Assembly (NCBI GenBank): GCA_963704415.1
Contig: OY969908.1
Coordinates: 3,258,860 to 3,322,859, forward strand
Source: an uncultured Acidobacteriaceae bacterium
GTDB lineage: Bacteria > Acidobacteriota > Terriglobia > Terriglobales > Acidobacteriaceae
DNA: 64,000 nucleotides
Direction: 5' to 3'
Part shown: positions 47,872-57,226 of the stretch, piece after piece
How the letters are laid out: each line of letters begins with the position of its first letter
Numbering within the stretch: position 1 is the first letter of the stretch
Notes under the pieces: generated by a model
Seen by the model: only the letters and a program-made list of their open reading frames with translations
Told to the model about the DNA's origin: nothing
Databases searched by the model: none
Made by a program: the position numbers and the translations under genes

Positions 47872-47988
47872 AGCGGCTCCCGCAACTCCACAAGTGCTAG
47901 ACCCCGAGCCGTTACCGCCGAGTGGATTTTCCTTAAAATGCCACTTTGCACTGAACTGGCAAGGGCGCATGGATGTCGAACCGCTCTA
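47869..47988 (-). mobile_element. MITE-like palindromic repeat, copy D
   Basis: Minus strand TAGAGCGGTTCGACA...GTGGCATTTTAAGGAAAATCCACTCGGC...CTTGTGGAG; the other end abuts the TAA of the 46417-47871 gene. Confidence 0.6.
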
Positions 47989-48118
47989 ATGATGAGCGGC
48001 TCGTTTCGATTCCCGGTTTTCTATTTGGAATGCGCGCCAAGGTCGGTCTACTAGCGATTCAGGATGCCTTCGCTCGTGTGCCGCGGCCGGATGCAGACGA
48101 CGATCGATGTTGATCGGC

Positions 48119-49111
48119 TTATCTTCCTGCGAAGCGCAGCTCGACGTTGCTCTCCTTCAGCCGTTCAAGGAAGCGATCGAGCATCTTCCTGTCTGCGCCA
48201 TTTTCCCGCATTGATTCGCCGCTGTTCGGATCGACGGCCTTCGAGAGAACGAAGGCAAGGCCCAATCCATCGCTGCCCCAGCGGACGACCCGCGACTGAA
48301 CCGCTATCGAATCATCGAGGTTTTTCCCGGCGCTATCTGTTCGTTGTAGCGTCATGAGAACCATGGTCCCTGGGAACCACCGCTCTTCAGTGAGCACGTA
48401 GAAGCCACTAATACTAATATCGGCGATCTGATAAGCGCGAGGGGTGCTGCCCGTCCAGTAATAGGCAACGAGCCCCGGCAGTGGCTGGCGGGGCGCACGC
48501 CGACGATCTGATGAGAGCCAGTTTTGGATCCAGCCTAAGAGTGAACCTCGCTTTCCGGTCTTTAAACCTAAGTTATCCATAGTGTCTTTCCCCTGATCTG
48601 TAGTTTGCATACCTGCCGAGCGAATCTGCAATGAGGCATGGGTAGAGGAGCCGTTGCCAGAATGCTTTTCCTTTGTCGTTGCATCGCTCTGGGAATTCGA
48701 CATGGAAGCAAGAGAGCCCGACAGCCGCTCTAAGCGGCGCTCCATTTCGTCCGCCACGCAAATCACCATCTGATCGCCCGGCTGCGTTTGCGAGGAATAA
48801 ATAGTGTGCGCCGGCAACACCAGTGCGCTTGCCGCCTCGTCCTTCAATGGTTCGACAGTAGAAGTCAGAAAGGACTCGATTTCTTGTATAACTCGATAGT
48901 TACTGTCCAGGTAAACCAAATCCACTGGGGAATGGACGTGCGCTGGAAGAATGCCTCGATAGGGAATCATCCATAGGCCGCTATCCGGCTTGACGCTCAC
49001 TCTATCGATTAACTCTCTTACATAACCTGGGGCAGCGTCGGCTACAGTAACTCCTAAACTCAGGAAACTCTCGCGCGTCTGATTGTAAACACAGTATCTT
49101 TGACCTTCCAT
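48119..49111 (-). CDS. Degenerate DUF192-like N-terminus fused to a PilZ domain
   Basis: YNQTRESFL..VADA..GLWMIPY..VDLVYLDSNYRVI (DUF192-like); C-terminal DRRRAPR (RxxxR) and DISISG (DxSxxG). Confidence 0.8.
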   Translation of the reverse strand: MEGQRYCVYNQTRESFLSLGVTVADAAPGYVRELIDRVSVKPDSGLWMIPYRGILPAHVHSPVDLVYLDSNYRVIQEIESFLTSTVEPLKDEAASALVLPAHTIYSSQTQPGDQMVICVADEMERRLERLSGSLASMSNSQSDATTKEKHSGNGSSTHASLQIRSAGMQTTDQGKDTMDNLGLKTGKRGSLLGWIQNWLSSDRRRAPRQPLPGLVAYYWTGSTPRAYQIADISISGFYVLTEERWFPGTMVLMTLQRTDSAGKNLDDSIAVQSRVVRWGSDGLGLAFVLSKAVDPNSGESMRENGADRKMLDRFLERLKESNVELRFAGR

Positions 49112-49375
49112 ATCTCCTCACCCTTTCCGCGCGACCGCAGGGCGTGCTGCTCTTTAACTAGTCTCTGTTCCCTGTTATTGAATTCAATTCACGCAATGAT
49201 TGAATGGCAATACTTCTAAAGCTACCGGCCGGGTCACGTTTCCTGGAGTCTTATCTAAATGGAACAGTCTAAAATTCTCCCACTCAAAGAAACGAAACTT
49301 CCGGCCGGCGATGCGAACGGTGGATTCGCCGACTGTATTGCCGCCCGGCCACTTTCTCTACTCGTGTCGCCTCCG

Positions 49376-49471
49376 CTACTTGACGCGGGTGCGACGGCGC
49401 TGAATCAGGATGACCAGCACGAGAACAAAAAGCACGCCGGCAGCAATCCGGATGATTGTCGCTGTGTCCAT
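49376..49471 (-). CDS. 31-aa single-TM microprotein, copy 1 (MDTATIIRIAAGVLFVLVLVILIQRRRTRVK)
   Basis: Hand-translated; GAAAGGGGG RBS; 9 synonymous codon differences and 1 R/K change relative to copy 2. Confidence 0.85.
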   Translation of the reverse strand: MDTATIIRIAAGVLFVLVLVILIQRRRTRVK

Positions 49472-49560
49472 TACGATTCCCCCTTTCGCGTGTTCGGATC
49501 CATCTGGGTCACATGGTGCGAAGTGTTGCAGGCTCCACAGGATCTTCGATGAGTAGTGAA

Positions 49561-49656
49561 CTACTTAACCTTCGTGCGTCGGCGCTGAATCAGAATGACC
49601 AGCACAAGAACAAAGAGCACGCCGGCAGCAATTCGGATAATTGTCGCAGTGTCCAT
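49561..49656 (-). CDS. 31-aa single-TM microprotein, copy 2 (MDTATIIRIAAGVLFVLVLVILIQRRRTKVK)
   Basis: Hand-translated; GAAAGGGGG RBS. Confidence 0.85.
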   Translation of the reverse strand: MDTATIIRIAAGVLFVLVLVILIQRRRTKVK

Positions 49657-49742
49657 CGCGTTACCCCCTTTCCATGTTTGGATCCGTCTCACTCACACGG
49701 TGCGCAATAATGCAGGTTTCCCACGGTCCTCACGAATCGTGG

Positions 49743-49838
49743 TTACTTAACACGGCTACGGCGGCGCTGGACTAAGAAGCCCAGAACCAGAACGAAAAGC
49801 ACTCCGGAAACCACTCGGATGATTGTCGCGCTGTCCAT
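49743..49838 (-). CDS. 31-aa single-TM microprotein, copy 3 (MDSATIIRVVSGVLFVLVLGFLVQRRRSRVK)
   Basis: Hand-translated; AGGAGG RBS within the 17-bp gap after the tadC stop. Confidence 0.85.
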   Translation of the reverse strand: MDSATIIRVVSGVLFVLVLGFLVQRRRSRVK

Positions 49839-49855
49839 TGCAATCCCTCCTTCTT

Positions 49856-50770
49856 TTAGTGACCAAATAGAGATTTGAACGAATCTGCCATAAGGATCAC
49901 GGCAGGTCCGAGAACCACAACGAACAGAGAGGGGAAGATAAATAGAACAAGCGGAAAGAGAAGTTTGACTGATAGCTTTGCTGCCTTCTCTTCAACCTCC
50001 TGCACGCGCTTCGTTCGCAGCGTGTCAGAATGAACTCGCAAAGTCTTCGCAATGCTCGTACCGAATTGCTCCGACTGAACGAGCATCGAAACCAGATTGC
50101 GGACAATATCGAGGCCGGTGCGATCGGCCAGGTGCTTCCAGGCCTCTGAGCGAGCGCTACCTGCCCTTTGTTCCAGTGCGACGACACTCAACTCATCGCT
50201 CAGGATCGGCTGTGATACTTTGAGCTCCTCCGCGGTACGAGCGGTGGCCTGGTCAAGACTGAGGCCGGCCTCGACGCAGATGACGAGCATATCGAGCACA
50301 TCTGGCAAGCCACGCCGGATCTTCATCTGGCGGTTCGAGATCTGCCTTCCCAGCCAGAAGTCCGGGCCAAGAAATCCGATGCCCAGGCAGGCAACATAGA
50401 TGAAGAACGGATTCTGCCGGGCGAAACCGGTCAACATGGCAATCAGGCAGAGAAACAGCGGCGTGATCACCTTTGCGCCGTAGAAGATCTTCATCGCAGA
50501 ATCTTCGCGGAATCCGGCGCGGATCAACCGCGTCTGGATGACGGACACTTCCGCTTCGCTCCGGGGAATGACTTTCTCGAACCGCTCCACGACACCTTCC
50601 AGCACTTCGCGGGTGTCCAGGATGGTGGTCTTCAGGGTCTTCTGCTGCTTTACTTGCGGATTGATCGCGGAGCTGATGCGCGCCTGAATGGTTTCGCGAT
50701 AGAAGATGAGGACGCCGCCGCTCAAGACCAGCAGGAACACCGCAAAAAATGATGCTATTGCAACTCCCAT
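49856..50770 (-). CDS. tadC: Tad pilus platform protein TadC (T2SS F family)
   Basis: LPDVLDMLVICVEAGLSL, SEQFGTSIAKTLRV, KLLFPLVLFIFP. Confidence 0.92.
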   Translation of the reverse strand: MGVAIASFFAVFLLVLSGGVLIFYRETIQARISSAINPQVKQQKTLKTTILDTREVLEGVVERFEKVIPRSEAEVSVIQTRLIRAGFREDSAMKIFYGAKVITPLFLCLIAMLTGFARQNPFFIYVACLGIGFLGPDFWLGRQISNRQMKIRRGLPDVLDMLVICVEAGLSLDQATARTAEELKVSQPILSDELSVVALEQRAGSARSEAWKHLADRTGLDIVRNLVSMLVQSEQFGTSIAKTLRVHSDTLRTKRVQEVEEKAAKLSVKLLFPLVLFIFPSLFVVVLGPAVILMADSFKSLFGH

Positions 50771-50779
50771 AAGTCCCCT

Positions 50780-51757
50780 TTACACGTCCATGTTGACGAT
50801 CTTGCGAATAATGAGTCCGCCCACCACGATCATGCCGCCCGCCGCGTAGAGAAGCTTGATTCCGATCTCGCGCGTCCACAGCAGGCTCATCATTTCAGGA
50901 TTGACGAAATACAACGCGCATCCCAGGAAAATCGGCAGAAAGGTAAGAATCAATCCGGTCAGCCGTCCCTGCGCGGTATGAGTCATGATTTGCCGCTTGA
51001 GTCGAAATCTCTCGCGAATGACTTCGGAGGCCTTTTCCAGCACTTCGGCCAGGTTGCCGCCGCTCTCTTTCTGAATCAGAATTCCCGTAACCACAATCCG
51101 CAGGTCCTGGACCGGCATCCGATTGGTCATGTTTTCCAATGCCGTCTTCAGTTCCAGGCCGTAGTTCTGTTCATCGAAGCAGACCCGGAATTCAGTGCCG
51201 ACAGGATCGGGACACTCACGCGTGACCAGCCCCAGCGCGGAATTCAAGCTGTGTCCGACGCGAAGCGCGCTGCAGACCAAATCCAATGCCTCCGGCAGCC
51301 CCTCTTCAAACTTGCTCAGCCGCTTGGTGCGCTTGAACATCACGTAGCCGATGGGGGCAAATCCGGTTACTGCGCCGATGAGCACTCCGAAAAGAATCGC
51401 GCCGGTGCGCCAGTAGACAAGGTAGCCCGGAATCGCAAACGCTACGAAGCACATCATCATCAGGCCGCCAACAGTCCATTTCAAGTCGGCCTGATAGAGC
51501 AAACGGCGCAGGCGCGGCGTGAGTTCGACTTTGCGCAAAGCCTTGTCGATCCAAGGGATTGTGCTCAGCAACTCATTCTTGCGGACGTCAATCAGCAAGT
51601 CGGACATATCGCCCTTCGACTTGCCCGTGGCCAGAGCTGAATCAAGCCGGGCCAGCATTTCCTTGTCCTGCTTTGTGGCGCCAGTGCCGGTTGCAGCGGC
51701 CAGCAAAGCGACTACTGCGAAGACCCCGAGAAATACAACTACGACGATCAGTCCCAT
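50780..51757 (-). CDS. tadB: Tad pilus platform protein TadB
   Basis: LPEALDLVCSALRVGHS, IQKESGGNLAEVL, TAQGRLTG. Confidence 0.92.
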   Translation of the reverse strand: MGLIVVVVFLGVFAVVALLAAATGTGATKQDKEMLARLDSALATGKSKGDMSDLLIDVRKNELLSTIPWIDKALRKVELTPRLRRLLYQADLKWTVGGLMMMCFVAFAIPGYLVYWRTGAILFGVLIGAVTGFAPIGYVMFKRTKRLSKFEEGLPEALDLVCSALRVGHSLNSALGLVTRECPDPVGTEFRVCFDEQNYGLELKTALENMTNRMPVQDLRIVVTGILIQKESGGNLAEVLEKASEVIRERFRLKRQIMTHTAQGRLTGLILTFLPIFLGCALYFVNPEMMSLLWTREIGIKLLYAAGGMIVVGGLIIRKIVNMDV

Positions 51758-51779
51758 CGCTGCTTAGCCCCCTTTCTGC

Positions 51780-53075
51780 TTAATTGACTTCGGTGACCCG
51801 CTCAAACAAGCTCGGTGGCAGGAAAATACCCGCGGTCCGCAGTTGCTCGAGGAATCGCGGACGAATGCCGCTCGGCTTGAACAAGCCAAGCACTTTTCCA
51901 TTCGGCCCGATTCCTTTCTTTTGGAACGTGAAGATTTCCTGCATGCTGATCACGTTCTCTTCCATGCCGGTGATTTCGTGGATGCTTACGCATTTGCGCG
52001 AGCCGTCGCTCAAACGCGTGCACTGCACAACGATGGTGAGTGCGGAGGCAATCTGTTGCCGCACGGTCTTTTCCGGAAGGTTCAGATTGCTCATCGCCAC
52101 CATCGACTCAAGACGGGTGAGGGCATCGCGCGCCGTGTTGGCGTGGACCGTTGTCATTGAACCTTCGTGGCCCGTATTCATGGCCTGCAACATGTCGAAT
52201 GCTTCCTCGCCGCGCACCTCACCGATGACGATGCGGTCGGGACGCATACGAAGGCTGTTGATGAGCAGTTGCCGCTGCCGGATCGCTCCCTGGCCTTCGA
52301 CGTTCGGCGGGCGCGTTTCCAGGCGCACAATGTTCTCCTGGGCCAGCTGTAATTCCGCCGCATCTTCGATGGTGATGATGCGTTCGTTCTGCGGAATGTA
52401 CTGCGAAAGAATGTTGAGGAAGGTTGTTTTACCGGCGCCGGTGCCGCCCGAAATGAGAATGCTGAGGCGGGCACGCACCGCGGATGAGAGCAATTCCATC
52501 ATTTCGGCGGAAATGCTCTTCAACTGCACCAGCTGATTCGCGGCCAGAGGGCCAGTACCAAATCGGCGAATGGACAACGATGGGCCGTCGAGAGCCAGCG
52601 GCGGAATGATGGCGTTCACGCGCGATCCATCAGGCAAGCGGGCATCCACCATGGGCGACGATTCGTCGACTCTGCGTCCAACGCGTGACACGATTCTGTC
52701 AATGATCTGGAGCAGATGGCGATCGTCGCGGAATGCTGCATCCGCGCGGGTCAGCAGGCCGCCGCGCTCGATGAAGACATGGTCCTTGTCGTTGACGAGA
52801 ATATCGGAGATCTTCTGGTCTTTCAGCAATGGCTCGAGCGGCCCGAGTCCAAAAACTTCGTCCAGCAAATCGGTTTGGATCTTTTCCTGCTCGTCAAAAC
52901 TCAGCGGTACCCGCCGATCGCTGATGATTTCACTGATGATGCTCGACACTGCCTGGCGCGCCTGGTTCGAGTTGACACGCGACAGTTTCTCCAGATCCAG
53001 TTTCGAGATCAGAGTGCGATGTACTTCCGATTTAAAATTCTCAAGATTTAGATGTTCCACTTTTCGACCTTCCAA
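51780..53075 (-). CDS. tadA: Tad pilus ATPase CpaF/TadA
   Basis: [24 protein letters not shown], Walker [33 protein letters not shown]. Confidence 0.96.
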   Translation of the reverse strand: MEGRKVEHLNLENFKSEVHRTLISKLDLEKLSRVNSNQARQAVSSIISEIISDRRVPLSFDEQEKIQTDLLDEVFGLGPLEPLLKDQKISDILVNDKDHVFIERGGLLTRADAAFRDDRHLLQIIDRIVSRVGRRVDESSPMVDARLPDGSRVNAIIPPLALDGPSLSIRRFGTGPLAANQLVQLKSISAEMMELLSSAVRARLSILISGGTGAGKTTFLNILSQYIPQNERIITIEDAAELQLAQENIVRLETRPPNVEGQGAIRQRQLLINSLRMRPDRIVIGEVRGEEAFDMLQAMNTGHEGSMTTVHANTARDALTRLESMVAMSNLNLPEKTVRQQIASALTIVVQCTRLSDGSRKCVSIHEITGMEENVISMQEIFTFQKKGIGPNGKVLGLFKPSGIRPRFLEQLRTAGIFLPPSLFERVTEVN

Positions 53076-53102
53076 TTCGCGGGATTTTTAAGACCCCATC
53101 GT

Positions 53103-54305
53103 TCAACCGAATAGACTGAAACCTTTTTTCTTTTCAGGCTTCGCCGGCATGCCGCACGCCGTCCGTGCCATGTCCTGGATAGCCCGGGCGATCATCGAAT
53201 CTTCCAGGGCCAGCGGTGTGGCCTCATTCTGCATGCGCCGCACCGTCACGTAATCGCTGGGAATCTTCCATTGCACCGGCCGGGTCAGCGCTTTCGAAAT
53301 GTGTTCCTCGTCCACCCCGCCTGAACGCGGCATGAAGCGGTTGAGCACAATCTCGAGATTGGATCCGCCGTTCTTGAAGTACTCCGAGATGACGCGGTGT
53401 GAATTGCGCAATTCCGGAATCCCGGCCTGCATCACCAGGTAGACCGTGTCCGCCTGATCCACCAGCGTGGTCCCGCTCAAATCAAATCGCGAACCTGCGT
53501 CGACCACCACAAAGTCATAGGCCATCCGGGCAACGGAAACCAGCCGCTCCATGGCTTCGTTGCTCACTTCCACCTGGGGAAATTTGCCCGGGGCCGCGAG
53601 CACAAACAACCCCGAACTGTGCTTGGTGAGAAGCTTCGAAAGAAAGTTTTGATCCATCCGGGTGTAGTTCTGAAGAGCATCCACGGTGGAGAACTGGGGG
53701 CTGATGCCGAGATTCAGCGCAGCATCGCCGAGGGGAAGATCCATATCGATCAACACCGCGCTTTGCGCGCACTCCTGCACCAGCGACACCGCAAAGTTGC
53801 AAGCTACGGTGGTGACACCGGAGCCGCCTTTGCCGCCTAGAAAGACCAATACCTTTCCGCCCGGCTTGTTGGAGGCCATGCGTGTAGCTGGGCGGCGTGA
53901 GGAAGCTCGCGACAACGCCTCGTTCAGCGGTCCCAGCGCCACCGGTTGCGAGAGAAACTCGCGCGCCCCTGAACGCATGCAGCTCATCAGCAGGTTGGGG
54001 TCGTTATTCATCGAGAAGACCATGACCGTCACGGCCGGATTGGCGGAGATCTCTTCGACCAGCTCGAGCGCGTAGCGCTGGTCGCCGTCCAAATCGATGA
54101 TGTAAACGTCAAAATTCTGTTCCATCATCCGTGGAACATCGCCCGTCTTCGAGGGATACGCTGGGAACTCCCGCACGGTCGAGCTGCCTGAGCCGGCCAG
54201 GGCGTTGGCGACAATCCTCCTGCGATTTTCATTCGGGCCGATTAAGGCTATCGACAAATCGCTGACGCCCGCCGCTACTTCTAAATCTTCAAAATGATTC
54301 TGCAT
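53103..54305 (-). CDS. cpaE: CpaE/TadZ-like protein (receiver-like domain plus ParA/MinD ATPase)
   Basis: N-terminal REC-like (CMRSGAREFL), deviant Walker A GGKGGSGVTT, LIDMDLPLGD. Confidence 0.88.
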   Translation of the reverse strand: MQNHFEDLEVAAGVSDLSIALIGPNENRRRIVANALAGSGSSTVREFPAYPSKTGDVPRMMEQNFDVYIIDLDGDQRYALELVEEISANPAVTVMVFSMNNDPNLLMSCMRSGAREFLSQPVALGPLNEALSRASSRRPATRMASNKPGGKVLVFLGGKGGSGVTTVACNFAVSLVQECAQSAVLIDMDLPLGDAALNLGISPQFSTVDALQNYTRMDQNFLSKLLTKHSSGLFVLAAPGKFPQVEVSNEAMERLVSVARMAYDFVVVDAGSRFDLSGTTLVDQADTVYLVMQAGIPELRNSHRVISEYFKNGGSNLEIVLNRFMPRSGGVDEEHISKALTRPVQWKIPSDYVTVRRMQNEATPLALEDSMIARAIQDMARTACGMPAKPEKKKGFSLFG

Positions 54306-54399
54306 TACCGGTCCGAGACTCCTAGCTGCTTGCGGCGTTGATCGGGTTTAACTCGCATCTCGATTTTTCTTCTCTCTTGCATAACGCAAATCTATTGTC

Positions 54400-54948
54400 T
54401 CAACCCGCAAAGGCAAAAAACGAAACCAGTGTCCCTACTGCAATGGCCGGCGCATACGGCATCTTCCGTGCACCGGGATTTGAGAGCGTATGCTTTTTTT
54501 CTGAACGCCCTTTACGTTTTTTCCACCCGAACATCAAATCGCCTGTGCCGGTAAAGAGCTCTCCGACAAACCCGCCCAAGACCGCCCAGCCGATTGCCAT
54601 CACGCCACCCACGATTCCTGTCAATACCAATGCCACAAACATCTGCTTCGGCCCGACCCATGCGCCAATCGCCGCGCAAAGCTTCACATCTCCCATACCC
54701 ATGCCGCCCATGTAGGCGAGAAAGCCGAACAGTAACAACCCCAAACCCATTCCTTCAAGACTCTGGCCGATTCCGATTCCGTGCCAACCCGCGGGAACGC
54801 ATGACACAACGATACCCACTGCCAAAAAGGGCAGCACCAGCCAATTCGGAATGCGGCGGCTGCGTAAATCGGTGAAGGTCGACACAGCAAGAACGAGAAC
54901 AGTCGGCCACCAAGCGATCGAGTGCAACTCTGCCCCCTCATTCCTCAC
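54400..54948 (-). CDS. cpaA: Prepilin peptidase CpaA/TadV (A24)
   Basis: TDLRSRRIPN, GMGDVKL, MPYAPAIA. Confidence 0.92.
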   Translation of the reverse strand: MRNEGAELHSIAWWPTVLVLAVSTFTDLRSRRIPNWLVLPFLAVGIVVSCVPAGWHGIGIGQSLEGMGLGLLLFGFLAYMGGMGMGDVKLCAAIGAWVGPKQMFVALVLTGIVGGVMAIGWAVLGGFVGELFTGTGDLMFGWKKRKGRSEKKHTLSNPGARKMPYAPAIAVGTLVSFFAFAG

Positions 54949-54975
54949 TGTGAATACGGAATACTTCTCTTTATA

Positions 54976-54991
54976 AGCAATTGTCCCTCCA
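54976..54991 (-). promoter_or_regulatory. Candidate sigma54 promoter of the cpaA-cpaE-tadABC operon
   Basis: TGGAGGGACAATTGCT (GG-N10-GC, TTGC at -12). Confidence 0.5.
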
Positions 54992-55398
54992 AATCATGAT
55001 AAGTCAAGGTGTATTAATTCAATGCGATACACTGAAGTTGTAACAACTTGGTGTACACGCTTGTATACGGCGGGCAAGGCCGGGTGAAGCAGTAGGGTTA
55101 CACTCTCAGGCCACCCAAGATCATGTTTCTTGAGTTAAAAGCCGACCCCTAACTCCCCCAGAACTCCGGATATCCCGTTGCAGCCCAGTTACTGGCTTTG
55201 GTTGAAGCATGGCCCGTGCAATACTTGATTCCCCTTACCCCGGCGGACACGAAATCTCCTGCAACCCGCGATCCAGCATGCCCGGCAATTCTCGCTGCGA
55301 CCTCTTACCCAGGAGTCGCCGGTCTAATCAGTGAGAGATAGGGCAAGTGTAATGGTCAACCGGTCATAGGCGAGATTCGAAGCTTGGCTTCCGGTTAC

Positions 55399-56487
55399 TT
55401 AGGTCAGGAACATGCAATCTCCGTAGCTGAAGAATCGATAGCTTTTCGTGACTGCATGAGCGTATGCGGCTAAAATTCCTTCCCGGCTGGCAAATGCGCT
55501 CACCAGGATGAGCAAACTCGATTGGGGTAGATGAAAGTTCGTCAATAAACCATTCACAATACGAAACTGAAATCCAGGCTGAATGAAAATCTCCGTTTCT
55601 CCGCTGTTTGCCTCGAGCCGGCCGCCGTCCGCCTCTAACGCAGCCGCTTCCAGGGTGCGCACCACAGTCGTGCCTGCGGCGATGATCCGGCGTCCTTCCC
55701 GCTTGGCATGGTTCACACACTCGGCCGCCTCCGGGGAGATTGTGTAGTGCTCCCGGTGCAAACGCACCTCGTCGACCCGGTCGACGCGTAAAGGCGCAAA
55801 TGTTCCCAGACCCACGTGCAAAGTGACCCGCGCAATTTCCACGCCCTTTGCAGCAATTGCGTCGAGCACAGCACTGGTGAAATGCAGCCCGGCCGTAGGT
55901 GCAGCCACGGAACCGCGCTCGCGCGCGAAAACGGTCTGATAGCGTTCGCGATCTTCCACTGCATCTTCGCGTCGAATGTAAGGAGGCAACGGAATGTGCC
56001 CGATCTGTTCGAGAGCTGCGTAGAAGTCCCTCACCGGCGCGAAGCGCAGCAGTCGCTCCCCGAATCCGCCCCGCTCCACCACTTCAGCTTCGAGCGCAAT
56101 CTGCCCTGAAGGCGACTCGAAAACCAGCTGCTCACCGAGGCCGACCTTCCTGCCGGGTCGGACCAGCGCACGCCATTCACCCTCGCCTGCCTGTTCGATG
56201 AGCATGACTTCAATACGCCCGGTGGGTTTCTCCCGCTCTCGAGGCAAGGTCCGTCGGGCGAACAGGCGCGCGGGAATCACGCGGGTGTCGTTGAGCACCA
56301 GCAGATCGCCAGGACGCAACAGGGTAGGGAATTCGCTGAACTGGGCGTCCCGAAAGTTTCCACTGAGGCGGTCCATCACCAGCATGCGGCTTTGTCCGCG
56401 TTCTGCTGGAGGATGCTGTGCGATCAACTCTCCGGGCAGATCGAAATCGAAGTCGGCGACCCGCAGACCGCTCCCCGAAAGGTTCAT
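55399..56487 (-). CDS. queA: S-adenosylmethionine:tRNA ribosyltransferase-isomerase
   Basis: [74 protein letters not shown]; ATGA overlap with the upstream gene. Confidence 0.95.
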   Translation of the reverse strand: MNLSGSGLRVADFDFDLPGELIAQHPPAERGQSRMLVMDRLSGNFRDAQFSEFPTLLRPGDLLVLNDTRVIPARLFARRTLPREREKPTGRIEVMLIEQAGEGEWRALVRPGRKVGLGEQLVFESPSGQIALEAEVVERGGFGERLLRFAPVRDFYAALEQIGHIPLPPYIRREDAVEDRERYQTVFARERGSVAAPTAGLHFTSAVLDAIAAKGVEIARVTLHVGLGTFAPLRVDRVDEVRLHREHYTISPEAAECVNHAKREGRRIIAAGTTVVRTLEAAALEADGGRLEANSGETEIFIQPGFQFRIVNGLLTNFHLPQSSLLILVSAFASREGILAAYAHAVTKSYRFFSYGDCMFLT

Positions 56488-57215
56488 GAGGAAACTTTCC
56501 CGAAGCGTGCAAGCGCACGCAGGCGCGCCCTCTCGATCGCCGCATTCAACTCTTCGCGTTTCGTCTCTAAATTCTCTGGAGGCAAATCCGCAGCGACCTT
56601 GGTCCAGTTCGCCCAGCTCACGCAAATACGCGTAAAGGGCCTGGGAATCAGGAAGCGATCCCACGATTTGAGAATCCAGGCTCTCTGCGGCTGAAGATGA
56701 AATGCTCCTATGGGTGCGCCCGTGATCTGCGCCAACTTGACAGGCCCCATTTTGGTTCGATAAATCGGTCCACGCGGCCCGTCCGCGGTGAAGATCGCGG
56801 TACGTCCAGACTCGATGACGTGAGCCAGACCCAGCAGCCCTTCGCGCGCCCCACGGGAACTGGAGCCGCGCACAGCATCGAAGCCAAACATCCTGAGAAT
56901 TCGCGTGATGAGTTCGCCGTCGAAGCTGTGGCTGATCAGGATCACAGCGCCCGATCCGCGAAAATAAAACGCGCAGGGAAGGACGCATTGGTGCCAGAAG
57001 CAGTAGATCTCCGGGCCGGCCTTCTTGCCGTCGCGCACTGGAATGACGCCCGGTTCGGCAATCACATCGAAGCGCCAGGTGCGGCCAACCACGCTGAGCA
57101 GAGCCCACACAATACGCGGAACGATGGCCAGCACAAGACGCTGACCCAAGGTGAATTTGTGGCTCGCTTCGGTGATCACTGCTTCGATTCTAGCTGCGTG
57201 TTTCGGACTGGACAT
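56484..57215 (-). CDS. DUF374 / lysophospholipid acyltransferase family protein
   Basis: [42 protein letters not shown]. Confidence 0.85.
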   Translation of the reverse strand: MSSPKHAARIEAVITEASHKFTLGQRLVLAIVPRIVWALLSVVGRTWRFDVIAEPGVIPVRDGKKAGPEIYCFWHQCVLPCAFYFRGSGAVILISHSFDGELITRILRMFGFDAVRGSSSRGAREGLLGLAHVIESGRTAIFTADGPRGPIYRTKMGPVKLAQITGAPIGAFHLQPQRAWILKSWDRFLIPRPFTRICVSWANWTKVAADLPPENLETKREELNAAIERARLRALARFGKVSS

Positions 57216-57226
57216 TGAACCGTTCG

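Noticed and set aside
49376-49838. The ~185-bp periodic repeats as a CRISPR array or non-coding repeat
   Set aside because: Divergence falls mostly at third codon positions and the units are RBS plus ORF, so they are coding duplicates. There are no unique spacers or cas genes.
56488-57108. N-terminal ~207-aa extension of the queA ORF
   Set aside because: It overlaps the DUF374 gene in another frame; the QueA motifs begin at ATG 56487, which has an ATGA overlap.
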